Shown: in pieces, positions 26,158 to 33,906 of the stretch
How the letters are laid out: each line of letters opens with the position of its first letter
Numbering within the stretch: position 1 is the stretch's first letter
DNA from: a virus
Lineage: Duplodnaviria; Caudoviricetes
Direction: 5' to 3' (one strand)
DNA length: 40,013 nucleotides
Virus record (IMG/VR): IMGVR_UViG_3300008003_000759
Coordinates: 1 to 40,013 of that record
Translations under genes and position numbers: made by a program
The notes under the pieces: generated by a model
What the model was told of the DNA's origin: nothing
What the model saw: the letters and a program-made list of their open reading frames with translations, nothing else
The model's database searches: none

Positions 26158-28124
26158 TGCTCTACCGCAAGCTCCTGATGGTCGGAGCATCCTCGGCCGC
26201 TCTTTCTTCGCACTGGATTCTTCCCGGCGGTCACATCGTCAGCTTGGCGGAGGATGGTTCGCTCTCGTTCGCCGATCCCGATGCCGGCTGGCCGCTTCCG
26301 GTCGGATCCGGCGATCCCTTCGTGGACGCCGAAGGCCGTATCGGCACCTATGAGCTCCTGAACCTTGGCGGTGGTGTCGGCGAGGCTCGATCCGTCCGCC
26401 TGCGCGATTCCGGTGCCGATCGCGAGGAGGTGCGCAGTCTCGGACCATTTCGCGGTTTCGCGAGCGCCAACGTCGCCGCATCGCTCGTCACGCCCGGCAC
26501 GGAGACGAACCCGTTCGGCTTTTCGCGGCCGTCATGGCGCCTGACATCCGTCAGCGGCGGCGACCACGAGACCGGATATACGGCAGACTGGGCGTGGGAG
26601 CAGCAGAGCAATGGAACGTCGTCCGGCGAAAGCACGCTCCCGGCCGACGTGCAGGTCATCCAATCGCACTATACGCCAAACATGGCCTACCCATGGGGCG
26701 TATGCGTCGCGCGCGATCTCGCGGTCGTGACGAGGCTGGAAGCGAGCGCGAACACCGGCGCGCCGGACGGAACGGATCCCAGCGGACGACCGTGGATCGG
26801 CTGGACGATGGACGCGGCAGGCGTTGCGCGCCGTATCGCGGACCTGACGCCGGCGGAGGCGCGGCAGCTGGGACATGATGCGGACTTTCTGCCCGACGAT
26901 GGCGAGGTCATCACGAAGACCGACCAGGCACACGAATGGCTCTTCCTCCGACCGATCGGTCCGTTCGGTCTCGATATCGTTATGTGCACGGGTGTGCTTC
27001 GATACGCCGAAAGCTACACCCGTGTGCCGACGCCGGAGGAGCGTCCGTATTACATGCGCGGTCGCGCAGCCTTCGAGTCCTCGAACAAGTCCGAGCCGCT
27101 GCTCGATGCACCCATGGACTGGTTCCACGATCCTGCAAACCCGCCGGTGACGATCACCGAACGCCGCGTGGTCCTGATGTTCTGCACGGTCCTGATCTCG
27201 GCCGCAGGCATCGCCGGTGTCACCGTGACCGGATCGTCGGCTGCGCGATCGGTCAGCGTGACACTTGCCGTCCAGAGTGGCAGCCCGCTCAGCTGCAAGG
27301 TCCTCCGCAAGGTCGCAGGCGGATACGACGTGATCTGGTCGAACCATCCGCAATTCGCCAATTATCACTTTCACGATGACACGTTTGATCGGACGGAGAT
27401 CGTTTCGGCGAATGGCTGGAAGGCGAAGATCGTCTGGCCGGTCTGGAGGTCCGACACGACAGGCGAGTATCAGCACGCGGATTTCGACGAGAGCGCGATC
27501 CTGAGGCAATACATGCCGATTTGGTGGTATGCGAACCAGCCTGACGCCGGGATCCAGCCCCCGACCAGACCAGCCGACTGGGACGACGACACGCAAGGCA
27601 CGTGGACGGTTCCTCCGCAGGATCTTTTCCCGGCGCAGGCGTGGCGCGGACAGCGATACTGGATCCCTACGCTCGGCGAATTTCAGTATCAGAACGCGCA
27701 CAACAACATCTATACGGTCAACAACGCGTCGGTCGGTGCGGCTGCCGCGACCCATTCCCTTCATCCCACCGGTCCCTACCCCCGCGACGGCGCCCGCCAA
27801 TATCGCGGCGCAGGTGAGTTCCCCGTCGCGCGGCATCAGGACGGCACCTTCTCGGCTCACGAGGCTGGCCGGATCGTCCCTGGCATCGTGACGGGCCCGG
27901 GCGGAGCGCTCAAGGCCAGTGCCGAGCCGGACGGACTCAACCCGATGATGCGCGATCTACGTTGGCCCGGTCGGCCATATCGTCTCGCGATGACGCAGGA
28001 CGGTCAGTGGAGCTTCTCGAACGGAGCAGGGTGGTCGTCCATGCAGAGCTTCGGTCAGGTCGAAGGCACGATCTGCGTCGCCGCACGGCTCGAAGCACCG
28101 GAACCTCCGGATACTGTATCATGA
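26157..28124 (+). CDS. Large beta-rich tail/receptor-binding candidate (655 aa)
   Basis: Last long gene of the tail operon, Trp/Gly/Pro-rich; no family recognised. Confidence 0.55.
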   Translation: MLYRKLLMVGASSAALSSHWILPGGHIVSLAEDGSLSFADPDAGWPLPVGSGDPFVDAEGRIGTYELLNLGGGVGEARSVRLRDSGADREEVRSLGPFRGFASANVAASLVTPGTETNPFGFSRPSWRLTSVSGGDHETGYTADWAWEQQSNGTSSGESTLPADVQVIQSHYTPNMAYPWGVCVARDLAVVTRLEASANTGAPDGTDPSGRPWIGWTMDAAGVARRIADLTPAEARQLGHDADFLPDDGEVITKTDQAHEWLFLRPIGPFGLDIVMCTGVLRYAESYTRVPTPEERPYYMRGRAAFESSNKSEPLLDAPMDWFHDPANPPVTITERRVVLMFCTVLISAAGIAGVTVTGSSAARSVSVTLAVQSGSPLSCKVLRKVAGGYDVIWSNHPQFANYHFHDDTFDRTEIVSANGWKAKIVWPVWRSDTTGEYQHADFDESAILRQYMPIWWYANQPDAGIQPPTRPADWDDDTQGTWTVPPQDLFPAQAWRGQRYWIPTLGEFQYQNAHNNIYTVNNASVGAAAATHSLHPTGPYPRDGARQYRGAGEFPVARHQDGTFSAHEAGRIVPGIVTGPGGALKASAEPDGLNPMMRDLRWPGRPYRLAMTQDGQWSFSNGAGWSSMQSFGQVEGTICVAARLEAPEPPDTVS

Positions 28125-28687
28125 CGCGCATGACCGGGACGGGTAATAATTTCACGCGCGAGGATGTTGCTCTCCTTGTCAGCGATCTCGTGCCTCCAGT
28201 GGTGGAGGCGGCTGTCGAGCGGTCAATGGACCGGATCCAGCGTTCGCTGGCGAGCGAGATCGCCAAGGGCGTGACGACAGCCATCAACGAACATCATCTC
28301 CGTATCGGGATCGATTCCACCTCCCCGGACGGTATCTCCAAGGCACACAAGCGCAACGCGTGGATCGACGAGAACATGGCTAGGATGCCTGAGGTCGAGC
28401 GACGCTGGACGAACGTCGACCGTTTCATGAGCGAGCTGGATGGTAACGACCGCGCATGGGTTCGCGAAAGCCGCGCCCGGGCAGCGAAGGACGCTTCCAC
28501 GCTGAGAGAGACCGTGATCAGGTGGGCCGTTCCCGCTCTTCTCGGCGTCATCGCATCACTGGTCGGCTTCCGTATCCTTGAAGGCAAGTCGGAGACGCCG
28601 GCCGCGCCGACGCCAGTGCATCGCGAAACCATTTCCGAGCAAGTGCATCCGTCGCCGACGCAGCATCCGGTCGCTGCGGGACGCTAA
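28121..28687 (+). CDS. Hypothetical protein with single C-proximal TM helix (start ATG 28121)
   Basis: ATGA overlap; WAVPALLGVIASLVGF. Confidence 0.65.
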   Translation: MTRMTGTGNNFTREDVALLVSDLVPPVVEAAVERSMDRIQRSLASEIAKGVTTAINEHHLRIGIDSTSPDGISKAHKRNAWIDENMARMPEVERRWTNVDRFMSELDGNDRAWVRESRARAAKDASTLRETVIRWAVPALLGVIASLVGFRILEGKSETPAAPTPVHRETISEQVHPSPTQHPVAAGR

Positions 28688-28694
28688 TCGGCCG

Positions 28695-28724
28695 CGCCGC
28701 CGGAATATCCGAGTGCGGTAAAAT
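28695..28724 (+). promoter_or_regulatory. Late-promoter-like motif, copy 5, leaderless
   Basis: CGCCGCCGGAAT-atccgagtgcgg-TAAAAT, 6 nt, ATG 28731. Confidence 0.8.
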
Positions 28725-28730
28725 ATGCGG

Positions 28731-28955
28731 ATGGAAACGCCCGCACCGACGCCCTGCGAAGACGCCTGCAACCGGATCCGGATCGCGCTCCTCGAAGACG
28801 ATCTCGAACAGGCACAACGGGACACGGAGATCGCGATGGTCGATCTCTGTGAAGCGCAGGACGCGTTTCTTTGCGCCCGTTCCAAACTCGAAGGTGCGCG
28901 CCGAACCGAATGGGCCCGCCGCTCCGACCTTTACCGCGCCAAGCGCACCGCCTGA
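28731..28955 (+). CDS. Hypothetical coiled-coil protein (start re-called at 28731)
   Basis: ATG 6 nt after the -10; precedes ERF. Confidence 0.65.
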   Translation: METPAPTPCEDACNRIRIALLEDDLEQAQRDTEIAMVDLCEAQDAFLCARSKLEGARRTEWARRSDLYRAKRTA

Positions 28956-28963
28956 GGAAACCC

Positions 28964-29647
28964 ATGACCGCCACTGCCATCCCTGCCGTCTACGGCGCCA
29001 TCTCCGCCTGCACCGCCGATCTGCTGGGAGGCGTGTCGAAGGATCGCCGCAATTCCGGACAAGGCTTCAACTTTCGCGGAATCGATCAATTCATGAATGC
29101 GGTCGCTCCGGTGATCGCGAGGAACGGTTTGGTCGTGCTCCCCCGCGTCATCAGCAAGCGCCAGGACGAGCGCCAGACCGCGAAGGGCGGCACGATTTTC
29201 TACACGCACCTGAGCGTCGAGTTCGATTTCGTGGCGGTGGCGGATGGATCGAAGGCCGTCGTGAGGACCGAGGGCGAGGCCATGGACAGCGCCGACAAGT
29301 CGACAAACAAGGCGATGTCGGCGGCGTTGAAATACGCCTTGATGCAGGCGTTCATGATCCCGACCGAGGATATGCAGGATGCCGACGCGCACGATCCCGA
29401 GGCGAGCGAACGCGTGACCCGTGCGGCGCAGGGCGTCGCCAAATCGATGGCCGACGCGTCGAACCCATGGGTCGGAAGGAAAGAAGCGCTGAAGGCGAAG
29501 ATCGCCGCGGCGAATTCGACTGACGCGATCGACGATCTGCGCGGGTCCGACGAATGGACCGGGTTCGTGAAGGGCGAGGGCGTGCCGCAAGGATGGCCCG
29601 AGGCGCTGGTCGAGATGGCCCGGCAGCGTTGGCGCGAGGTCGCCTGA
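28964..29647 (+). CDS. erf: ERF-family single-strand annealing recombinase (start ATG 28964)
   Basis: NSGQGFNFRGIDQ..GEAMDSADKSTNKAMSAALKYALMQAFMIPTED; GAGGA SD. Confidence 0.85.
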   Translation: MTATAIPAVYGAISACTADLLGGVSKDRRNSGQGFNFRGIDQFMNAVAPVIARNGLVVLPRVISKRQDERQTAKGGTIFYTHLSVEFDFVAVADGSKAVVRTEGEAMDSADKSTNKAMSAALKYALMQAFMIPTEDMQDADAHDPEASERVTRAAQGVAKSMADASNPWVGRKEALKAKIAAANSTDAIDDLRGSDEWTGFVKGEGVPQGWPEALVEMARQRWREVA

Positions 29648-29651
29648 CGCT

Positions 29652-29681
29652 CGCCGCCGGAATCCCTCCACGTGCGATAAT
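29652..29681 (+). promoter_or_regulatory. Late-promoter-like motif, copy 6 (lysis cassette), leaderless
   Basis: CGCCGCCGGAAT-ccctccacgtgc-GATAAT, 6 nt, ATG 29688. Confidence 0.85.
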
Positions 29682-29687
29682 ACGCTC

Positions 29688-30473
29688 ATGACGATCCGAG
29701 CCCCCATCTTCGATGCGATCCGCGACGCTCGTGGGCGCGGCTGGCAGTCCGGCGATCCCGAGATCGCGGCGATCGACCAGTTTCTCACCGGCATCGGCGT
29801 CCCGTCCGCATCCGCGCCTTCGCCTGCGCTCCCGCTAATCAAGGTCGGCCTGACCGACGAAGACTTCCAGTGGGCGGCTCAGGAGCTCGGATGTCAGGTG
29901 GCGCAGATCCGCGCCGTAGACGAGGTCGAGAGTGGCGGCGGCTGGTTCACGGACATGCGCGCCGAGATCCTCGCTATCGACGGGCCAGGCGGCTTCGTGG
30001 ATGGGCAGGAGCTGCCGAAGATCCTGTTCGAGGCGCACAAGTTCGACGCCTTCACCGGTGGTCGCTTCCGTGCCTCGCATCCGAACATCAGTAGCAAGGG
30101 CTGGAACCGCGCCCTCTACGCTGGCGGCCAGGCCGAATACGTTCGCCTGCACCGCGCGATGGAGCTGGACCGCGAGGCGGCGCTCAAGTCGGCCAGCGTC
30201 GGTCGCTACCAGATCATGGGCTTCAACCATGCGGCCGCCGGCTTCGATGATGTCGAGGCTTTCTGGTCGGCCATGAAGAGTTCGGAGCGCGCGCACCTCG
30301 AGGCGTTTGTGGCCTTTATCCGATCCTCGCACCTCGTCGGCGCGCTGCGTCGGATCTCGATCTTTCACGCCGACTGCGTGCCCTTCGCCAAGGGATACAA
30401 TGGCAGCGCATTCGCATCGCACGACTACCACAAGAAAATCGCGCGAGCCTTCAAGAAGTGGAGCATGATGTGA
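29688..30473 (+). CDS. Endolysin, N-acetylmuramidase (DUF3380) family
   Basis: IRAVDEVESGG, PKILFEAHKF, ALKSASVGRYQIMGFN, FAKGYNG. Confidence 0.92.
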   Translation: MTIRAPIFDAIRDARGRGWQSGDPEIAAIDQFLTGIGVPSASAPSPALPLIKVGLTDEDFQWAAQELGCQVAQIRAVDEVESGGGWFTDMRAEILAIDGPGGFVDGQELPKILFEAHKFDAFTGGRFRASHPNISSKGWNRALYAGGQAEYVRLHRAMELDREAALKSASVGRYQIMGFNHAAAGFDDVEAFWSAMKSSERAHLEAFVAFIRSSHLVGALRRISIFHADCVPFAKGYNGSAFASHDYHKKIARAFKKWSMM

Positions 30474-30754
30474 ACGGAGACCAGAGCCCCGGGCCGCTGA
30501 TCGCCTACCTGTCGACGCTCGGCGCCATCGTCGTGCTGACGATCACCGCCGCGATCATCACGATCTCGATCGATGATCAGGAGAACCTGCCGCAGATCGT
30601 CGCCGCGCTCGCGTTCGTGAGCGCGGCAACCACCGGACTCGTCGGCGTCATCGGCACCTTCCGCCCCAAGGCGCTGCCGAAGGAGCCGGAGCAGCGTCCC
30701 GCACCTTCGCCGACCGATGATGAAGCCGAAGCCGAAAAGGTGAACGCACGATGA
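30470..30754 (+). CDS. Holin candidate, two TM helices (start GTG 30470)
   Basis: Two hydrophobic segments and charged C-tail; coupled to the endolysin. Confidence 0.6.
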   Translation: MNGDQSPGPLIAYLSTLGAIVVLTITAAIITISIDDQENLPQIVAALAFVSAATTGLVGVIGTFRPKALPKEPEQRPAPSPTDDEAEAEKVNAR

Positions 30755-30861
30755 CGACGTGGGCCCTGTTTGTATTCATGGCGGCCGTCGAGGCTGGGAT
30801 CATCACCACGATGGTCGTCGGCCTACGCGCCATCCGCACCTACCGAGGAGATGACCGATGA
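30751..30861 (+). CDS. 36-aa single-TM protein absent from the ORF track
   Basis: MTTWALFVFMAAVEAGIITTMVVGLRAIRTYRGDDR; ATGA overlaps at both ends. Confidence 0.75.
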   Translation: MTTWALFVFMAAVEAGIITTMVVGLRAIRTYRGDDR

Positions 30862-31241
30862 GCTGGATGACTGCCCTCGCGTTCGTGAAGCGCTGGTTCA
30901 AACCCATCGTCGGCGGCCTCCTCGTCGCGGTAATCGCATGGCTTTCGATGTCGTCCGGACGCTTGGCCGGTGAGCGCGACACGCTTCAGGTTCAGCTCGA
31001 CCAGGCGAGGTTGGAGACGAAAACCGCGTTGGAGCGCGAGGCACAGGCGCGGGAAGCTCGGCGAGCAGCGGATACGTCCGCCGAGGCGGCGCTTGTGCGA
31101 GCAGAGTTACTGGAAATGGCCGTATCTCGGCAGAAGGGGACTATCGATGCTCTCGAGAAAAAATATGGCGCAACTGCTGTGTCTCAGCTCACTCGCGATC
31201 ACCTTGGCCGGCTGCGCGACGCCCAGCAGCGTTCCGACTGA
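30858..31241 (+). CDS. Inner-membrane spanin (Rz-like)
   Basis: N-terminal TM then coiled coil; GAGGAG SD. Confidence 0.8.
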   Translation: MSWMTALAFVKRWFKPIVGGLLVAVIAWLSMSSGRLAGERDTLQVQLDQARLETKTALEREAQAREARRAADTSAEAALVRAELLEMAVSRQKGTIDALEKKYGATAVSQLTRDHLGRLRDAQQRSD

Positions 31242-31452
31242 TCGGCCGGGGATCATTTCGATCCCGCCATCGCTGCTGCGTTGTAAGGCTGAGCCGGTGG
31301 TGCCGGATCCCGCGACTGCGACGGATGTCGATGTGGCGAGATGGGAAGTCGATTTGATGGCGGCGGGATGTGATTGCCGCGATAAGCTGGCCGCAGTGAA
31401 GGCGCTGCAAGAGGGAAAGACGGCTCCCCCAAGCACCTGCACGGTTCGTTGA
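31147..31452 (+). CDS. Outer-membrane spanin lipoprotein (Rz1-like), overlapping Rz
   Basis: Signal peptide MLSRKNMAQLLCLSSLAITLAG-C with LAGC lipobox; Pro-rich; CRDKLAAV. Confidence 0.85.
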   Translation: MLSRKNMAQLLCLSSLAITLAGCATPSSVPTDRPGIISIPPSLLRCKAEPVVPDPATATDVDVARWEVDLMAAGCDCRDKLAAVKALQEGKTAPPSTCTVR

Positions 31453-31947
31453 TCAGCCGAAGATCGCGGACCAGTATTGGCGGCCAGCGCAGGTGCCTCC
31501 GCCCACAAGGCCGGTAAAGCGGCCATCGATGAACTCGAGGTGATGCGCGTCCATCGGAAGGGCGGTGGTCACGGCACACGCATCGTGGTCGAAAACTAAC
31601 GGAACCACGCGCGAGCCGAAAGTCGCCAACCAGATCGATGTTCGGCGATACAGACCATCGCGGCTGCGATGACCTAGCAGAAGCAGACCCTCCTGCACGG
31701 TGCGACCGGTCTTGATGCGCTCTTCTATCTCGCGAAGGCCGAAAAGGTCGATGACGGCCCCGTGACGTTCCTGAGCACGCGTGACGGTGTGCGACCTCTT
31801 TGCCCATGCTCGAACGTCGTCATTCGCGATTTCGCGCGACGCTTGCCTCTGCAACTCGAAGCTCGTTGTGACGGCCTTTACCACCCGATCAGCCTCACGC
31901 CCGTTCTCCGCGTATTCGCGCTTCTGCGCTGCGGTCCTCTTGCTCAT
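31453..31947 (-). CDS. Hypothetical protein, possible BECR/DUF4258-like RNase fold
   Basis: SHTVTRAQERHG..LVFD..AVTTAL; GGGAG SD; own promoter. Confidence 0.6.
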   Translation of the reverse strand: MSKRTAAQKREYAENGREADRVVKAVTTSFELQRQASREIANDDVRAWAKRSHTVTRAQERHGAVIDLFGLREIEERIKTGRTVQEGLLLLGHRSRDGLYRRTSIWLATFGSRVVPLVFDHDACAVTTALPMDAHHLEFIDGRFTGLVGGGTCAGRQYWSAIFG

Positions 31948-31982
31948 CGTCAGTCTCCCGCCGGCCTGATGCCGACGTGCAG

Positions 31983-32078
31983 ATTCTGTCTGACGGAAGG
32001 CCGTTAGGCAAGACCCCTAAGATTTATTTTGTAAATCGACCTAGACCCCTTGCGCGAATCACAAGACCCATGGATTAT
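31983..32078. promoter_or_regulatory. Divergent sigma70-like promoter pair
   Basis: Minus: TTGCCT(32006-32011)-N17-CAGAAT(31983-31988). Plus: TTGCGC(32050-32055)-N17-GATTAT(32073-32078). GACCCCT abuts both -35 boxes, with an AT tract between them. Confidence 0.7.
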
Positions 32079-32116
32079 GACCTCATCGGCGGCACAGGGT
32101 CGTCAGGAGGAAGACA

Positions 32117-32530
32117 ATGAAAATCGCTACCGAATTGCTCGAAAGTCAGATCACCCGCGCGCGCCTCACCGGACTCTCGATCGATCAGCTGCTCGCCTCG
32201 GTCCCACATCACGTGCTCGACCATATCGATATCGTGACGCTCACGCCGGACGCGTCGCCGGGATCGCCCTACGCAGAGGTCTCCAGCGGTCGCATGACCG
32301 CCGAGGACGCAGACCGTCAGATCGATGCGCTCGGCATCAAGCTGTCCCCGCACTCTCGCTACTGGATGGGCCGCGCGCTCGCCGCCGAGGAAGCAGCGCG
32401 CTTCGACTGGTCGGACCAGCCCGCGCTCATACCGGTCTGCATCACCGCAACCGCCGAGGCGCAAGCCTTCGCTGCCGAGGAAGCCGCAATCGATTTCGAA
32501 CGACGGAAAGTCGTCCGCCTTTTTGCGTAA
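32117..32530 (+). CDS. Hypothetical protein
   Basis: AGGAGG SD, GC3-biased codons. Confidence 0.75.
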   Translation: MKIATELLESQITRARLTGLSIDQLLASVPHHVLDHIDIVTLTPDASPGSPYAEVSSGRMTAEDADRQIDALGIKLSPHSRYWMGRALAAEEAARFDWSDQPALIPVCITATAEAQAFAAEEAAIDFERRKVVRLFA

Positions 32531-32558
32531 CCAACAATCCAAACAGGGAACCACGACC

Positions 32559-33266
32559 ATGACCACTACGACGACCACCACCGCCCGCTCCGCGATCGAC
32601 CAGACCACGATCGATCTCGCCATCGAAGCACATGACGCGTTCGACGAGCAGGTGCAGCTCGCAGCCGTCGACCCGATCGACGGGCTCGAACTGTCCCTCA
32701 ATGCCGCTCGCGAGCACTGCACCGATGAACAGGAAATCGCAGCGATCGAGGACCAGATGGGCAGCATCTACGACACCGTGATCCGGGACGAGTGGATGAA
32801 GGCAGAAGAGGCCGCTGGAGCGCGCGAACTGCGCATGCCGATGGAACACGACCTCCGGTCCGCATTCTCCGCCTTCGCCCATCTCCCGGTCCACCAGCAC
32901 GCCGAGCAGACGCGCCGGATCCTCGCCGGGATCATGTCGGGCACGACCGAATTCATCGAGCGGTCGAAAATCGAGGACCTGATCGTCAACGTCGGCGACT
33001 GGCTCCCGGCTGCACGTGACGGTGACCGGCTGGACGCGCCGAAGACGGAAGCGGTGAAGCGGGCGGTGAGCGACTGGGGCGTTATCGAAACCTCGCGTGA
33101 GGTCGTCAGGCATCGCGAGGAGCAGGAGCAGCTGCACGCCGAGGTCGTGGAGGACGAACCGTGTGGCAGCCTTGCGATGGCTGCTTCGGCTCGCACTACG
33201 GTCGAGGTTCGACCGCGCATGTCGTCCATGGAAGTGCTGACCGCGATGGTCCGCGAACAGGATTGA
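32559..33266 (+). CDS. Hypothetical acidic helical protein (start ATG 32559)
   Basis: AGGGA SD; followed by a terminator. Confidence 0.75.
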   Translation: MTTTTTTTARSAIDQTTIDLAIEAHDAFDEQVQLAAVDPIDGLELSLNAAREHCTDEQEIAAIEDQMGSIYDTVIRDEWMKAEEAAGARELRMPMEHDLRSAFSAFAHLPVHQHAEQTRRILAGIMSGTTEFIERSKIEDLIVNVGDWLPAARDGDRLDAPKTEAVKRAVSDWGVIETSREVVRHREEQEQLHAEVVEDEPCGSLAMAASARTTVEVRPRMSSMEVLTAMVREQD

Positions 33267-33302
33267 CGCTCGAATAAACCATCGCCAGCGTCCGCGTTCA
33301 AA

Positions 33303-33331
33303 GGGCCGGTGGAGCGATCCGCCGGCCTTTT
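33303..33331 (+). terminator. Intrinsic terminator
   Basis: ggccggtgga-gcga-tccgccggcc-tttt. Confidence 0.8.
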
Positions 33332-33337
33332 CGTATG

Positions 33338-33367
33338 CGCTGCCGGAACGCGTCGAAGGTCCACAAT
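33338..33367 (+). promoter_or_regulatory. Degenerate copy 7 of the late-promoter-like motif (rusA)
   Basis: CGCTGCCGGAAC-N12-CACAAT, 6 nt, in-frame GTG 33374. Confidence 0.65.
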
Positions 33368-33373
33368 ACGAGG

Positions 33374-33823
33374 GTGGTTTACCTCGATTGCCTCGTGCTC
33401 GGTCATCCGCGCAGCCAGCCGCGCCCGCGCGTCTACGGGCGACGAGTGTTGGCGGACAGTCCTGTGTCGGCCGCGTGGAAGGCCGAGATTGTCGCCGCGA
33501 TCGTCCAGGCGGGTTTTACCCGTCCTGCTGCCGATGCGCCTCTGGAGCTCAATCTGGAGATCGCTCTTCCGACTGTCCAGAAAGCACGCCAAGGTAAACC
33601 GGCGATCGGAAGACCGGACTTGGACAATTTGGCGAAGGCAGCCGGCGATGCGTTGATGGAACCCGGCGGGCAAGATTTCGCGAAGGCCGTGAAGCGCCTC
33701 GGACCACCCGCAAGCACTTACGCTGGCGTGCTCGAGGACGACGCGCAGATTGTTCGACTGGTGACGGAGAAGCGCTGGTCGCCACGCCCCGGCGGTATCA
33801 GGATCATCCTTCGCGAAGCCTGA
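33374..33823 (+). CDS. rusA: RusA-family Holliday junction resolvase (start probably GTG 33374)
   Basis: GHPRSQPRPR, GRPDLDNLAKAAGDAL, VLEDDAQIV. Confidence 0.9.
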   Translation: MVYLDCLVLGHPRSQPRPRVYGRRVLADSPVSAAWKAEIVAAIVQAGFTRPAADAPLELNLEIALPTVQKARQGKPAIGRPDLDNLAKAAGDALMEPGGQDFAKAVKRLGPPASTYAGVLEDDAQIVRLVTEKRWSPRPGGIRIILREA

Positions 33824-33828
33824 GCGAC

Positions 33829-33863
33829 GCACACTTGTCTATTATGTCTTAGACAATCGTGTT
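33829..33863 (+). other. Candidate MOBV origin of transfer (oriT/RSA-like)
   Basis: GCACAC-TTGTCTA-ttatgtct-TAGACAA-tc-GTGTT: inner IR flanked by ACAC/GTGT, same layout as the pMV158-type oriT, directly upstream of the relaxase promoter. Confidence 0.65.
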
Positions 33864-33865
33864 CT

Positions 33866-33900
33866 GACCCCTTGCGCAGCGATTCGCAGCGTGGGACAAT
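33866..33900 (+). promoter_or_regulatory. Sigma70-like promoter of the relaxase, leaderless
   Basis: GACCCC-TTGCGC(33872-33877)-N17-GACAAT(33895-33900), 6 nt, ATG 33907. Confidence 0.75.
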
Positions 33901-33906
33901 TCACCC

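Noticed and set aside
9640-28124. Gene transfer agent or phage satellite
   Set aside because: Integrase, replication genes, lambda-type gpA terminase, cos-like site and full head-tail-lysis set indicate an autonomous prophage
23699-28124. Diversity-generating retroelement or invertible tail-fibre cassette
   Set aside because: No reverse transcriptase, invertase or TR/VR repeat pair seen
32551-32585. ACC/ACG trinucleotide run as a phase-variable repeat
   Set aside because: Mixed Thr codons encoding an MTTTTTTT N-terminus; impure and in-frame, so not a slippage switch
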